A stretch of DNA of 64,000 nt, from contig OZ244070.1 of NCBI GenBank assembly GCA_965215605.1, forward strand, positions 1,632,001 to 1,696,000. Direction: 5' to 3'. The position numbers were made by a program, and so were the translations under genes. Every line of letters begins with the position of its first letter. The first letter of the stretch is position 1. Source of the DNA: an uncultured Candidatus Binatia bacterium (GTDB lineage: Bacteria > Desulfobacterota > Binatia > UBA9968 > JAJDTQ01). Of this stretch, positions 45,965 through 55,253 are shown one piece after another. The notes below the pieces were generated by a model that worked only from the letters and a program-made list of their open reading frames with translations, did no database searches and was not told the origin of the DNA.

Positions 45965-45975
45965 GTGCTTGCTCC

Positions 45976-46002
45976 AATCAACTAGTTGATTAGACCAGTA
46001 TA
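45976..46002 (-). promoter_or_regulatory. Putative TA operator palindrome and -10 box
   Basis: Perfect AATCAACTAGTTGATT (45976-45991) just downstream of minus-strand TATACT (46002-45997). Confidence 0.65.
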
Positions 46003-46130
46003 GTAAAGTGCGGCGACTACGCAACCACGTGGTTGCGGCTCAAGCCATCAACCCCGCGCCCGAGTTCACTCCCACGCGGCCAAGTCAAGCTTGGCGCCGT
46101 GCGGCCATGGCATGGCAGCGGGCGGCCTTC

Positions 46131-47228
46131 TCACAGCCCCGGAAACGCCGCAAGAACCATCTTCACCAGCATCTGCGGTGGTCGGCTCAGCGGGTCGGTG
46201 ACGGGGATGCCAAGTTCGTCCTGGTACGCCGCGATGGCGGCGCTGACATCCGCGTCGGTCATGTTCTCGTGGTTGATGGTGAGGCCGATGACCTTTGTGT
46301 CGGAGAAGGTCTCAATGAGATGGATCTCGTCGGCCGGTTCCGGCATCGGCATGTTTTCGAAGTCGCAACGATGGGCGCGTGCAGGTGCGTGCTGCAGCAC
46401 GACGCCGTCGGGGCAGGCGCCACGGAGGATCAGGGCGGAGGTGGGGTAGGCGGGGTGGCTGAGGGCGCCTTGCCCTTCCACAATGATCACGTTGGGGTTC
46501 TCGGCCTCGAACGCTTCGCGGATGGTCGCTTCCAACTCGCCGGCGCAGAACTGTGAAGGAACGGCGTCGAGGGCCACCCCGTAGCGGGCGCCCTGGATCA
46601 GGCCGGTCTGGCCGGTGCCGATCATCACCGCGTTGATGCCACGGTCATTGAGTGCCCCAGTCAGGACGGTTGCGGTGGTCCGCTTGCCCACGGAGCAATC
46701 GGTGCCGAGGACGACGATGCGGGGGCAGATGACCTCCGCGATGCGGCCGCTGAAGGTCCGTAGGCCCTCCTTGGCAGGCGGCTTGCGGACATCCACGATC
46801 TTCACGTTTCGCGCGGCGCTTGCCGCTACGAACTCCGGGTCGTCGGTCAGGAACTCGTGAAGCCCGTTCACGACGTTCATTCCCAGGTCGATGGCCTCCA
46901 GCAGAATCCCGCGATCGCGGGACGACAACCTGCCGCTCGCGGGAGCCATGCCGAAAATGAAGTAGTCGGGCGTGGCGCCGGCGCGCGCCAGCGCATCGGC
47001 CAGGTCGTGGCAGACGGGAATCCCGTTGGGCGGTTCGTCGAGCACGGCGCCGGCATCGAGACCGGCCTTCCCACTGTCGATGACCGAAAGGATCTTATAG
47101 AGCTCGGAGTGACGAACGAGACCGTTGGCAGTCTTTCCATCAATGCCGCCGAAGTTCCCTTCGCAATAGACGATTGCCGTTGCGACTCCGGCGGGGGATA
47201 GTGCGGTGTCATGTGCGAGCGGTACGAT
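46131..47228 (-). CDS. DUF1611 family P-loop protein; start codon anomalous
   Basis: GKTANGLVRHS, GTDCSVGKRTT, GTGQTG, EGQGAL; frame open to 47240 but no ATG/GTG/TTG before 47045. Confidence 0.8.
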   Translation of the reverse strand: MVPLAHDTALSPAGVATAIVYCEGNFGGIDGKTANGLVRHSELYKILSVIDSGKAGLDAGAVLDEPPNGIPVCHDLADALARAGATPDYFIFGMAPASGRLSSRDRGILLEAIDLGMNVVNGLHEFLTDDPEFVAASAARNVKIVDVRKPPAKEGLRTFSGRIAEVICPRIVVLGTDCSVGKRTTATVLTGALNDRGINAVMIGTGQTGLIQGARYGVALDAVPSQFCAGELEATIREAFEAENPNVIIVEGQGALSHPAYPTSALILRGACPDGVVLQHAPARAHRCDFENMPMPEPADEIHLIETFSDTKVIGLTINHENMTDADVSAAIAAYQDELGIPVTDPLSRPPQMLVKMVLAAFPGL

Positions 47229-47323
47229 AAGGTCCCCTTTCTACAAGGCTGAAAACAAGGCTTCGGGCGCTTGCCCGGGAGGCCGGCTTCGACTCGCCTG
47301 TGTTCCGTGCCGATGACGGTCGG

Positions 47324-49225
47324 CTATCCGGCAGCCGCGGCGCGGGACTGTGAACGATACCACTCCCACCCGGTCAGGGCCGCGCCCACCGCCAGGCCGA
47401 CGATGTTCCACTGGAGCCACGGCGTGACCATGCCCAGGCTGGCGGCCAGGAAGAGCAGGCGGGTGATGCCATCAAGGTTCCGATAGCAGTAGCCCTGAAC
47501 GGCCATACCCATGGCGATCATGCTCAACACCGCGAAGGCAACGGTTACGGTGACCTCCGCGGCGGTGCCGATGGTGATCAGCGCGGAGTTGGCCACGAAC
47601 GCGTAAGGAAGCACGAAGGCGGGCAGCGCCAGCTTGACGGCTTCGATGGACGTGGGCACCACCGGCGACTGGGCGATGGCCGCGGCGGCGTAGCTCGTGG
47701 GAGCGGTGGGCGGAGTGATGGCCGAGATGGCGCAGAAGAAGATCACGAAGAGGTGCGCCTGGGGCACGATGGCGTCGGCGTCGAGACCCATGTTCCTGAG
47801 CATGACCACCAGGGCCGGGATGGCGATGCCCACCTGCACGATGTAGGCGGACGACAGCGGCAGCCCCATGCCGAGGATGATGGCGGTGATCATGACGAAG
47901 ACCAGGGCAAGCAACAGGTGCCCGCCCGCCAGGTCCACGATGACGCCGGAAAACTTGATGGCGACGCCGGTAAGGTCGAAGATGCCCACCATGATGCCGG
48001 AGGTGATGATCGCCACGGCCACCACGGTGGACTGGATGCCTCCCTGCACGAGAGCATCCCAGATGTCCTTGAGGCCCATGCGTGTCGCCTTGCGGAACCA
48101 GCTTACGATCACGATGCCGACGATGCAGCGCACCACCGCGTAGCCCGGGCTGAATCCGGCCACCAGGAGATAGATCAGGATGATCAGGGGCAGCGCCAGG
48201 TGCCCCCGGTCCATGATGGTCTTCTTGAGGCTCGGCAAGTCCTCCCGCGGCACCGTGGGGATCTTCTCCTTGACCGCGTAGATGTGCACCATGATGCCCA
48301 CGGCGAGGAAGTACAGCACCGCGGGGACCAGGATGTACTGCATCACGTTGACGTAGGGGATGCCGGTGTACTCCGACATCAGAAAACCCGCGGACGCCAT
48401 CACCGGGGGCATGATCAGGCCGCCGGTGGACGCCGAAGCTTCCACCGCCCCGGCCATGTAGTCCTTGAAGCCGATCTTCTTCATCATCGGGATGCTGAAG
48501 GAGCCGGTGATGACGGCGTTGGCCGTGCTGCTGCCCGAGATGGAGCCCATGAGGCCGCTGGACACCACCGCGATCTTGGCCGGGCCGCCCCGGAACCGCC
48601 CGGCCAGGGCGGTGGCGAACTCGATGGTGAACAGGCCGAAGCCCGACTTCTCGAGGAAGGCGCCGAAGACGATGAACAGGAAGATGAAGTTGGCCGAGAT
48701 GTGCGTCGGCAGCCCGAACAGCCCATCGGTGAGGAAGTATTGGTTATCGGCCACCTCCGACGGCGTGTACCCCAAGTGATTGAGGAATCCGGGCAGGTAG
48801 GGCCCCAGGAACGAGAACAGGAAAATGATCAAGGCCAGCGCCGCCAGCGGCCAGCCGACCGCGCGACGGCAGGCCTCGAGGGTCAGCGCCACCGCGCCAA
48901 AAGCCAGGACGAACTGGAACGGAGCGAAATCCTCCGTGTAGCCGATGTGCTGGATGATCCACTCGTACTCGTAGAAGAGATAGCCCATGGTCGTGAGCCA
49001 CAGGCCGATGACCACGACATCGTACCAAGGAAGCTTTCCGTCATCCGGCCGGCGGAACGCCGGGAAGCTCAAGAAGGTAATGCCCATCATCAACGTGACG
49101 TGGATCACGCGATGCAGGAACGCTTCAGGTTGCCCGAAGAAGCCGGTGTAGATGTGGTAGGCCGAGGTTGTGAAAGCCACCAGGGTCAGGATGATCCCGG
49201 CGACCCCTGTCAGGTTGCGCTGCAT
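47324..49225 (-). CDS. TRAP transporter fused permease (TAXI-type 4TM/12TM)
   Basis: GGPAKIAVVSS...GSISGSSTAN, ASTGGLIMPPVM, ILGMGLP, ITPP; start moved to ATG at 49225. Confidence 0.93.
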   Translation of the reverse strand: MQRNLTGVAGIILTLVAFTTSAYHIYTGFFGQPEAFLHRVIHVTLMMGITFLSFPAFRRPDDGKLPWYDVVVIGLWLTTMGYLFYEYEWIIQHIGYTEDFAPFQFVLAFGAVALTLEACRRAVGWPLAALALIIFLFSFLGPYLPGFLNHLGYTPSEVADNQYFLTDGLFGLPTHISANFIFLFIVFGAFLEKSGFGLFTIEFATALAGRFRGGPAKIAVVSSGLMGSISGSSTANAVITGSFSIPMMKKIGFKDYMAGAVEASASTGGLIMPPVMASAGFLMSEYTGIPYVNVMQYILVPAVLYFLAVGIMVHIYAVKEKIPTVPREDLPSLKKTIMDRGHLALPLIILIYLLVAGFSPGYAVVRCIVGIVIVSWFRKATRMGLKDIWDALVQGGIQSTVVAVAIITSGIMVGIFDLTGVAIKFSGVIVDLAGGHLLLALVFVMITAIILGMGLPLSSAYIVQVGIAIPALVVMLRNMGLDADAIVPQAHLFVIFFCAISAITPPTAPTSYAAAAIAQSPVVPTSIEAVKLALPAFVLPYAFVANSALITIGTAAEVTVTVAFAVLSMIAMGMAVQGYCYRNLDGITRLLFLAASLGMVTPWLQWNIVGLAVGAALTGWEWYRSQSRAAAAG

Positions 49226-49319
49226 AGGACCGCTCTCTGCCGTGTGTCCGATGCGGCGCGGACACCCGAACATTCACTCACGTCAGGTCGGTTTCACGTT
49301 GGTTGAAGATGTCGAAGCG

Positions 49320-49354
49320 AAAAAGAGGGCCGGCGTTCTGCGCCGGCCCTCTTT
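49320..49354 (-). terminator. Terminator or stabilising hairpin after the TAXI gene
   Basis: AAAGAGGGCCGGCG-loop-CGCCGGCCCTCTTT followed by a T tract. Confidence 0.8.
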
Positions 49355-49367
49355 GCCTGGGGTCCCT

Positions 49368-50324
49368 CTACTTGAGGATGCCCTTCTCCTTCAGGTACTT
49401 GTCCATGCCGGGGTGCCGCAGCGCGCCCACGTCGTTGGTGGCGTTGGCCACCTTGACGCGTTCGAAGGCTTTCACGGCTCCGGCGAAGTCGCCCAGGTTG
49501 TCGTAGACGGTCTTCGTGAGCTTGTAGACGCGCTCCTCCGGAACGTCCTCGTTCGTAATGATGAGCAGGAAGGTCTGAACGGTGTTCACGTCGTTCTTCT
49601 GATCGTAGTTCTTCTTGTCCAACGTGAAGGGGCCGACGCCGGGATTGGCCGTGTTCATCTTCGCAATGTCCTCCTTGGAGAAGGAGAGAATGCGGATCGG
49701 CGCGTGCGCCGCCAACTGCACGATGGGCGCGTAGTTCTCCTCGCCGGGGCCGAGGTAGGCGTCGATGTGGTTGTCCTTCATCTGGGCCACGGCGTCGTTG
49801 AAGCCGAGATAGTTGACCTTGGAGAAGTCCTCGTACTTGATGCCCAGGGCGCCCAGCATCTGCTGGTTCAGCGCCTGGAACGAGAACCTCTTGGGCATGA
49901 CGTTGACTCGCTTGCCCTTGAGTTGCTCGTAGGACGTGACATCGGATTTCGCCCACACCAGCCAGAACAGGTAGTTGGGGTACAGCACCGCGGCCACCCG
50001 CACCTTCTTGGCCTGCGCCTCCTTCCCCTTGAACATCTTCGCCCCCTTGAGGGCTTCCTGAATGCTCGTTGCGCTGGAGAGGCCGAAACTCAACTTGCCG
50101 GCCATGACGTTCAGCAGGTTGGAGGTGCCGCCGCCGATTTCCACCGTCACCTTGTCGCCGTAGTTCTTGTCGGCCAGCCGCTGCAACACGGTCCCGATGG
50201 GATACCAGGAGCCCCCCGGCTTCGAGGCGCCGAACTTGTAGCTCTCCGCCAGGGCCGCCGGCGCGAGCGTCGCGACAAAGACCGCGATTAACGAAACTAC
50301 CAGAAACCTCTGCAATCGACTCAT
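49368..50324 (-). CDS. TAXI family TRAP solute-binding protein
   Basis: Signal peptide, GGSWYPIG, GGGTSNL, LKGKRVN, C-terminal HPGMDKYLKE; start moved to ATG at 50324. Confidence 0.92.
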   Translation of the reverse strand: MSRLQRFLVVSLIAVFVATLAPAALAESYKFGASKPGGSWYPIGTVLQRLADKNYGDKVTVEIGGGTSNLLNVMAGKLSFGLSSATSIQEALKGAKMFKGKEAQAKKVRVAAVLYPNYLFWLVWAKSDVTSYEQLKGKRVNVMPKRFSFQALNQQMLGALGIKYEDFSKVNYLGFNDAVAQMKDNHIDAYLGPGEENYAPIVQLAAHAPIRILSFSKEDIAKMNTANPGVGPFTLDKKNYDQKNDVNTVQTFLLIITNEDVPEERVYKLTKTVYDNLGDFAGAVKAFERVKVANATNDVGALRHPGMDKYLKEKGILK

Positions 50325-50451
50325 CGTGTGATCTCCTTTCGCTGCTCCATGCGGCACCCAACGCGCGCAGGTGCCCGGATAGTCAAGGTAGCGAAACTAC
50401 TTGCGCCACACCTAAAAGTCAAGAACGATGGTGCCGGGAAGGATGGCGACC

Positions 50452-50532
50452 ATGAGCATGACCAGACGCAACTTCATCCAGTCCCTCGGCGCGGTCGCCG
50501 GCTTTCCGCTCATCTTGACAACCTCGGGTTAA
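50452..50532 (+). pseudogene. Orphan twin-arginine signal peptide ORF (26 aa)
   Basis: MSMTRRNFIQSLGAVAGFPLILTTSG*, preceded by GGGAAGGA. Confidence 0.55.
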
Positions 50533-50567
50533 TTGGCTAGGCACCCCAGAAAGCAGCATTCGTCCCC

Positions 50568-51443
50568 ATGAAACCCGCACCCTTCACCTACTACTGCCCG
50601 GATACCCTCGATGAAGCGGTCCGCCTGCTCGACGAGCACGGCGACGACGGCAAGATCCTTGCCGGCGGACAGAGCCTGATGCCGCTCATGAGCCTGCGTT
50701 TGGCCCGTCCGGCCGTGATCGTGGACATGAACCGCGTTCCCGGCCTGGACCGCATCGCCGCCAACGGCGACGGCAGCCTGAGCATCGGCGCGATGACGCG
50801 CCAGCGGGCGATCGAACGGGACGCCGGTCTCGTCGAACGAAATCCGCTGCTGGCGGCGGCGGTACCCCTCATCGGCCACTTCCAGATCCGCAACCGCGGC
50901 ACGGTAGGCGGCAGCCTGGTGCATGCCGATCCGGCGTCCGAGCTGCCGGCGGTGACCGTCACCCTGGGCGCCGACTTCGTGCTCGCCAGCGCCGCCGGCG
51001 AACGGGTGGTGAGCGCGGAAGACTTCTACCTGGGCTACATGGCCACGGCCTGCGAAGCCAACGAGGTGCTGACGGAGATCCGCGTGCCTGCCTGGAAGGC
51101 GGGCCGGCTCTGGGCCATCGACGAGGTGGCCCGGCGCAAGGGCGACTTCGCCATGGTGGGCGTGGCGCTGTGGGTGGACATGGACGGCGGCGCCTGCGCG
51201 GACGCCCGCATCACCCTGTTCGGCGTCGGCGGCAGGCCCGTCCGGGTCGAGAAGGCGGAACAGCGCCTCCAGGGCGCCGCCCTGGACGACGCCACCCTCA
51301 AGGAAGTCGAGCGCATCGTGTTCGAGGAGTTGGAGCCCGACTCCGACATCCACGCATCGGCGCTGTACCGCAAGGAAGTGGGCGGCGTGCTCGCCCGGCG
51401 CGCGCTCCGCGTGGCGGCGGCGAGAGGCACGGAGGCCGCATGA
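50568..51443 (+). CDS. Xanthine dehydrogenase family FAD-binding (CoxM-like) subunit
   Basis: MKPAPFTY, LAGGQSLMP, IRNRGTVGGS, ARRKGDFA. Confidence 0.93.
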   Translation: MKPAPFTYYCPDTLDEAVRLLDEHGDDGKILAGGQSLMPLMSLRLARPAVIVDMNRVPGLDRIAANGDGSLSIGAMTRQRAIERDAGLVERNPLLAAAVPLIGHFQIRNRGTVGGSLVHADPASELPAVTVTLGADFVLASAAGERVVSAEDFYLGYMATACEANEVLTEIRVPAWKAGRLWAIDEVARRKGDFAMVGVALWVDMDGGACADARITLFGVGGRPVRVEKAEQRLQGAALDDATLKEVERIVFEELEPDSDIHASALYRKEVGGVLARRALRVAAARGTEAA

Positions 51444-51928
51444 GCACCAAGAGCATCCTCAACCTGACGGTGAACGGCAAGGCCTACGAGAAGCTGGTGG
51501 AAGTGCGCATGACCCTGGCGGATTTCCTCCGGAACGAGCTGGACCTCACGGGCACGCACCTGGGCTGCGAGCACGGCGTGTGCGGCGCCTGCACGGTGAT
51601 CATGGACGGCGAGGCGGTGCGCTCCTGTCTGCTGCTGGCGGTGCAGGCGGAGGGGGCGACCCTGGAGACGGTCGAAGGGCTGGCGGACGGCGACCGGCTG
51701 CACCCCTTGCAGGCGGCGTTCCAGGACCGGCACGCGCTCCAGTGCGGTTTCTGCACCCCGGGGTTCCTCATGACCGCGGCGGCCTTCCTCAAGGAGAACC
51801 CGCAGCCCACCGATGCCGAGATCCGCGAGGCCATATCCGGAAACATCTGCCGGTGCACCGGCTACCAGCCCATTATCGAGGCCATCGGCCAGGCGGCCCC
51901 GGAGGTGGGCGGCAAATCCCGTCAGTGA
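51440..51928 (+). CDS. 2Fe-2S (CoxS-like) subunit
   Basis: GCEHGVCGACTV, QCGFCTPG, GNICRCTGY; start at ATG 51440. Confidence 0.95.
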   Translation: MSTKSILNLTVNGKAYEKLVEVRMTLADFLRNELDLTGTHLGCEHGVCGACTVIMDGEAVRSCLLLAVQAEGATLETVEGLADGDRLHPLQAAFQDRHALQCGFCTPGFLMTAAAFLKENPQPTDAEIREAISGNICRCTGYQPIIEAIGQAAPEVGGKSRQ

Positions 51929-51974
51929 TAGGAAAATGGCGCCGGCGGCCGCAGTCATCATTCCGGCACCCTTC

Positions 51975-52001
51975 CGTCATTCCCGTTTTCGCGGGAGTAA
52001 C
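51975..52001. repeat. REP-like family A, degenerate copy 5
   Basis: cgtcattcccgttttcgcgggagtaac, preceded by a GTCAT unit at 51954. Confidence 0.6.
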
Positions 52002-52075
52002 CTGCTTTCGAGTTGCTGGAGGCTATTTCGTGCCGGCAGCGATGGCGCATTCCCCTGAACGAGAGGCTCCCTGAC

Positions 52076-54388
52076 ATGGCGGAATCATACATCGGCGCTC
52101 CCATCAGGCGGCGCGAGGACATCCGGTTCATCACCGGCGCGGGCACCTACGTGGACGACATCAAGCTGCCCCACATGGTCCACGCCGCCATCCTCCGCAG
52201 TCCCCACGCCCATGCCCGTATCCTGAATGTCGACACCAGCCGGGCGGAGGCTCTGCCGGGGGTGGTTTCGGTGTTCACGCTGAAGGACATCGGCGAGCTG
52301 GACGCCACCGTCCCCATCCGGATGTACAAGATCCCGGGGCTGGACAAGTACCTGCAGCCGTCGCTGGCGCGGGACGTGGTGCGCTACGTGGGCGAGCCGG
52401 TGGCCGTGGCGGTGGCCGAGAGCCGCTACCTGGCCGAGGACGCGCTGGACGCCATCGACGTCGATTACGAGATTCTCCAGGAAGTGATGGACGTGCGCGA
52501 GGCGCTGGAGGACAAGGTGCTGGTGCACGAGCACAACGGCACCAACCTGGCCGGCGTCCACCATGTCTCCATCGGCGACGCCGGCAAGGCCTTCGCGGAA
52601 GCCGACTACACCCGCCGGGAGGAGTTCCGGGTCCACCGCTTCACCGGCAACCCCATGGAGACCCGCGGTACCGTGGCCCACTTCGACCGCGGCAAGGGCG
52701 AGCTCCGGGTCTACGGCGCCACCAAGCTGCCGCACCTGAACCGGCAAACCATCGCCGCCTTCCTGCAACTGCCCGAACACAAATGCCACTTCGAGGAAAA
52801 CGACGTGGGCGGCGGCTTCGGCATCCGCGGCGAGCTCTATCCCGAGGACTTCCTGATCCCCTTCGCCTCGGTGCGCCTCGGCTTGCCGGTGAAATGGATT
52901 GAGGACCGGCGCGAGCACCTGCTGGCCGCCAACCACTCGCGCCAGGTGACCTGCGAGCTGGAGATCGCCGCGCGCAAGGACGGCACGCTGCTGGCCCTGC
53001 GGGCACGGATCTACGGCGACATGGGCGCCTACGTGCGCACCCACGGCGGGCTGGTGCCCTGTTCCACGGCCGCGCTGCTGACGGGCCCCTACCGGATCCC
53101 CAACTACGAGGCCAGAATCCACTGCGTCATGACCAACAAGACCGGCCTGGGCACCCTGCGGGCCCCCGGACGCGTGGAGTCCTGCTTCTATCGTGAGCGC
53201 ATGCTCGACATGATGGCACGGGACCTGGACCTCGACCCGGTGGAGTTGCGGAAGAAGAACCTGGTGACGCCCGAGGAGATCCCCTACGAGATCGGCTTCA
53301 CCCGACCCAGCAACCACCCGACCATCCTCGACAGCGGCGACTACGCCAGCGCCCTGCGGCAGGCCCTGGAACGGTTCGAGTACGACGAGATGCAGGGCCT
53401 TCAGGGTCTCCGGGACGATGGCCGCTACCACGGTGTCGGCCTGTCGTACTTCGTCAAGAACACCGGCGGGCTGGAACCCTACGAAGGCGCCCGCATGGTG
53501 GTGGGCGAAGGCGGCGGCGTCAGCGTCTACCTGAGCATCGCCCAGCTCGGCCAAGGACACGAGACCGCCATGGCGCAGATCTGCGCCGACGCCCTGCGCG
53601 TGCCCATGGACGCCATCTCGGTTTTCCACGGCAACACCGACCTCTCGCCCTTCGGCTGGGGCACCTTCGCCAGCCGCGGCACGGTCATGGCCGGCAACGC
53701 CGTGCACCTCACCGCGCTGCAACTGAAGGACAAGATCCTGGAGGCCGCCGCCCGGCACCTGGACACGGACGCGGCCGAGCTGTCGCTTGAGGACGGCAAC
53801 ATCGTCCAAACCGGCACCGAGGCGCCGGCGCTGCCGCTGGGCGAGCTGGTGGCGCACATGCGGGAATCCATCACCCCCGAGCAGGGCGTCCCCGAGCTGG
53901 AAGCCACCGCCTACTACAACTCCAACAACATCACCCACACCTACGGCGTGCACTTGGCCCACGTGGCCGTGGACCCCGAGACCGGCATGCTGGAGGTGCT
54001 CAAGTACTTGGTGGTGGAGGACGTGGGCCGGGTGGTGAACCCCTTGATGGTGCACGGTCAGACCGTGGGCGCCGCGGTGCAGGGCATCGGCGGCGTGGTG
54101 CTGGAAGAGCTCGTGTACGGCGAGGGCGGCCAGCTCCTCACCACCACGTTCCTGGACTATCTCTTGCCCACCGCCACCGACGTCCCCCCCATCGACGACT
54201 TGGTGCTGGAAGAAGCCCCCTCGCCCTACAACCCGCTGGGCGTCAAGGGCGCCGGCGAGGGCGGCATCGTCGGCACCGCCGGCGCCCTGGGCAACGCCGT
54301 CAGCAACGCCCTCGGCATCGAGGTCAAGGACCTCCCCCTGAGCCCCGACCGCATCCGCGCCTGGCTCCGCGCCCGCGAAGACGCCTAA
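52076..54388 (+). CDS. Xanthine dehydrogenase family molybdopterin-binding (CoxL-like) subunit
   Basis: RREDIRFITG, VGGGFG, GQGHET, FASRG, GVKGAGEGG; active-site loop TLRAPGR; start moved to ATG at 52076. Confidence 0.93.
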   Translation: MAESYIGAPIRRREDIRFITGAGTYVDDIKLPHMVHAAILRSPHAHARILNVDTSRAEALPGVVSVFTLKDIGELDATVPIRMYKIPGLDKYLQPSLARDVVRYVGEPVAVAVAESRYLAEDALDAIDVDYEILQEVMDVREALEDKVLVHEHNGTNLAGVHHVSIGDAGKAFAEADYTRREEFRVHRFTGNPMETRGTVAHFDRGKGELRVYGATKLPHLNRQTIAAFLQLPEHKCHFEENDVGGGFGIRGELYPEDFLIPFASVRLGLPVKWIEDRREHLLAANHSRQVTCELEIAARKDGTLLALRARIYGDMGAYVRTHGGLVPCSTAALLTGPYRIPNYEARIHCVMTNKTGLGTLRAPGRVESCFYRERMLDMMARDLDLDPVELRKKNLVTPEEIPYEIGFTRPSNHPTILDSGDYASALRQALERFEYDEMQGLQGLRDDGRYHGVGLSYFVKNTGGLEPYEGARMVVGEGGGVSVYLSIAQLGQGHETAMAQICADALRVPMDAISVFHGNTDLSPFGWGTFASRGTVMAGNAVHLTALQLKDKILEAAARHLDTDAAELSLEDGNIVQTGTEAPALPLGELVAHMRESITPEQGVPELEATAYYNSNNITHTYGVHLAHVAVDPETGMLEVLKYLVVEDVGRVVNPLMVHGQTVGAAVQGIGGVVLEELVYGEGGQLLTTTFLDYLLPTATDVPPIDDLVLEEAPSPYNPLGVKGAGEGGIVGTAGALGNAVSNALGIEVKDLPLSPDRIRAWLRAREDA

Positions 54389-54558
54389 CCGGTTGTTGAA
54401 AAACACCGTGTGGCGCCCTTCGACTTCGCTTCGCGAAGCCTGTCCGGAGCTTGTCGAAGGGCTAAAGGCGAATGTTTAAGTCAGATTCCGTTCGCCCTGA
54501 GCGAAGCGAAGTCGAAGGGCGCCGACCCATATCGCAGGGAGTTTTCAGCAACCTGCTA
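54386..54558. mobile_element. MITE-like composite repeat (family C), full copy
   Basis: Imperfect TIRs TAACCGGTTGTTGAAAA / TTTTCAGCAACCTGCTA enclosing the long inverted repeat GGCGCCCTTCGACTTCGCTTCGC...GCGAAGCGAAGTCGAAGGGCGCC. Confidence 0.7.
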
Positions 54559-54575
54559 GAGAAATTCGTCCATAC

Positions 54576-54597
54576 CTGTCAAGCTGGATCTTGACAG
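54576..54597 (+). promoter_or_regulatory. Putative operator over the -35 box of the antitoxin-doc operon
   Basis: CTGTCAAG-N6-CTTGACAG inverted repeat containing TTGACA. Confidence 0.55.
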
Positions 54598-54639
54598 CTA
54601 GCCACGGCAACAACCTAGTAGGGGCGGATCGGAGCGGTC

Positions 54640-54867
54640 ATGCGGCTGCCACGTGAGAAATTTTCCAGCCAGGCGCCTCCGGAGCTATTGGCGACGATGC
54701 GTGAGATCGCGCAGCAGGAAGGGCGCCACTTTCAAGCAGTTCTGGAAGATGCGCTGCGGGAGTACATCGAAAACCGCTCTCGAGAGAAGCCTCGCTCCGC
54801 CGTCATGGCCCATTTCCAGGCCAGCGTCGAGCGCAACCGTCGCCTGGGCGAGCTGCTGGCCAAATGA
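54640..54867 (+). CDS. Putative ribbon-helix-helix antitoxin
   Basis: KFSSQ strand followed by two helices; ATGA overlap with the doc gene. Confidence 0.75.
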   Translation: MRLPREKFSSQAPPELLATMREIAQQEGRHFQAVLEDALREYIENRSREKPRSAVMAHFQASVERNRRLGELLAK

Positions 54868-55253
54868 CGCATGACTTCCCCACCCTCCAGGAAGTCATGG
54901 CCATGCACGGAGCCCTGATCGCCGCTTTCGGCGGGACCACGGGCATACGCGATGAGGGCGCCCTGGCGGCCGCGCTCATGCGACCCCAGCTCGGGTACTA
55001 TGACAGCCTCGCCGAGGAAGCGGCCGCGCTCATGGAGAGCTTGGCCAACAACCACCCCTTCGTGGACGGCAACAAGCGGGTGGCCTTCTTCGTCACCGAC
55101 ACCTTCCTGCGCATGAATGGTCGATTCATCGACTGCGACGACGAGGAAGCGTACGCCTTCTTCATGCAGCTCTTCGAAACCGGCTCCTTCCGGTTCACCC
55201 AATTGCACGCGTGGCTTGAGTCGAAGGTCCGGGCCCTCACCCCTGGCTCCTGA
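54864..55253 (+). CDS. Doc (death-on-curing) family toxin
   Basis: GIRDEGAL, HPFVDGNKRVA (Doc-type NKR motif). Confidence 0.92.
   Translation: MTHDFPTLQEVMAMHGALIAAFGGTTGIRDEGALAAALMRPQLGYYDSLAEEAAALMESLANNHPFVDGNKRVAFFVTDTFLRMNGRFIDCDDEEAYAFFMQLFETGSFRFTQLHAWLESKVRALTPGS

Noticed and set aside
46020-46037. GCAACCACGTGGTTGC as a third parS
   Set aside because: Only the core matches; the outer TGTT/AACA arms are absent.
52076-54388. Aerobic CO dehydrogenase call
   Set aside because: Lacks the AYxCSFR motif and coxDEFG accessory genes.
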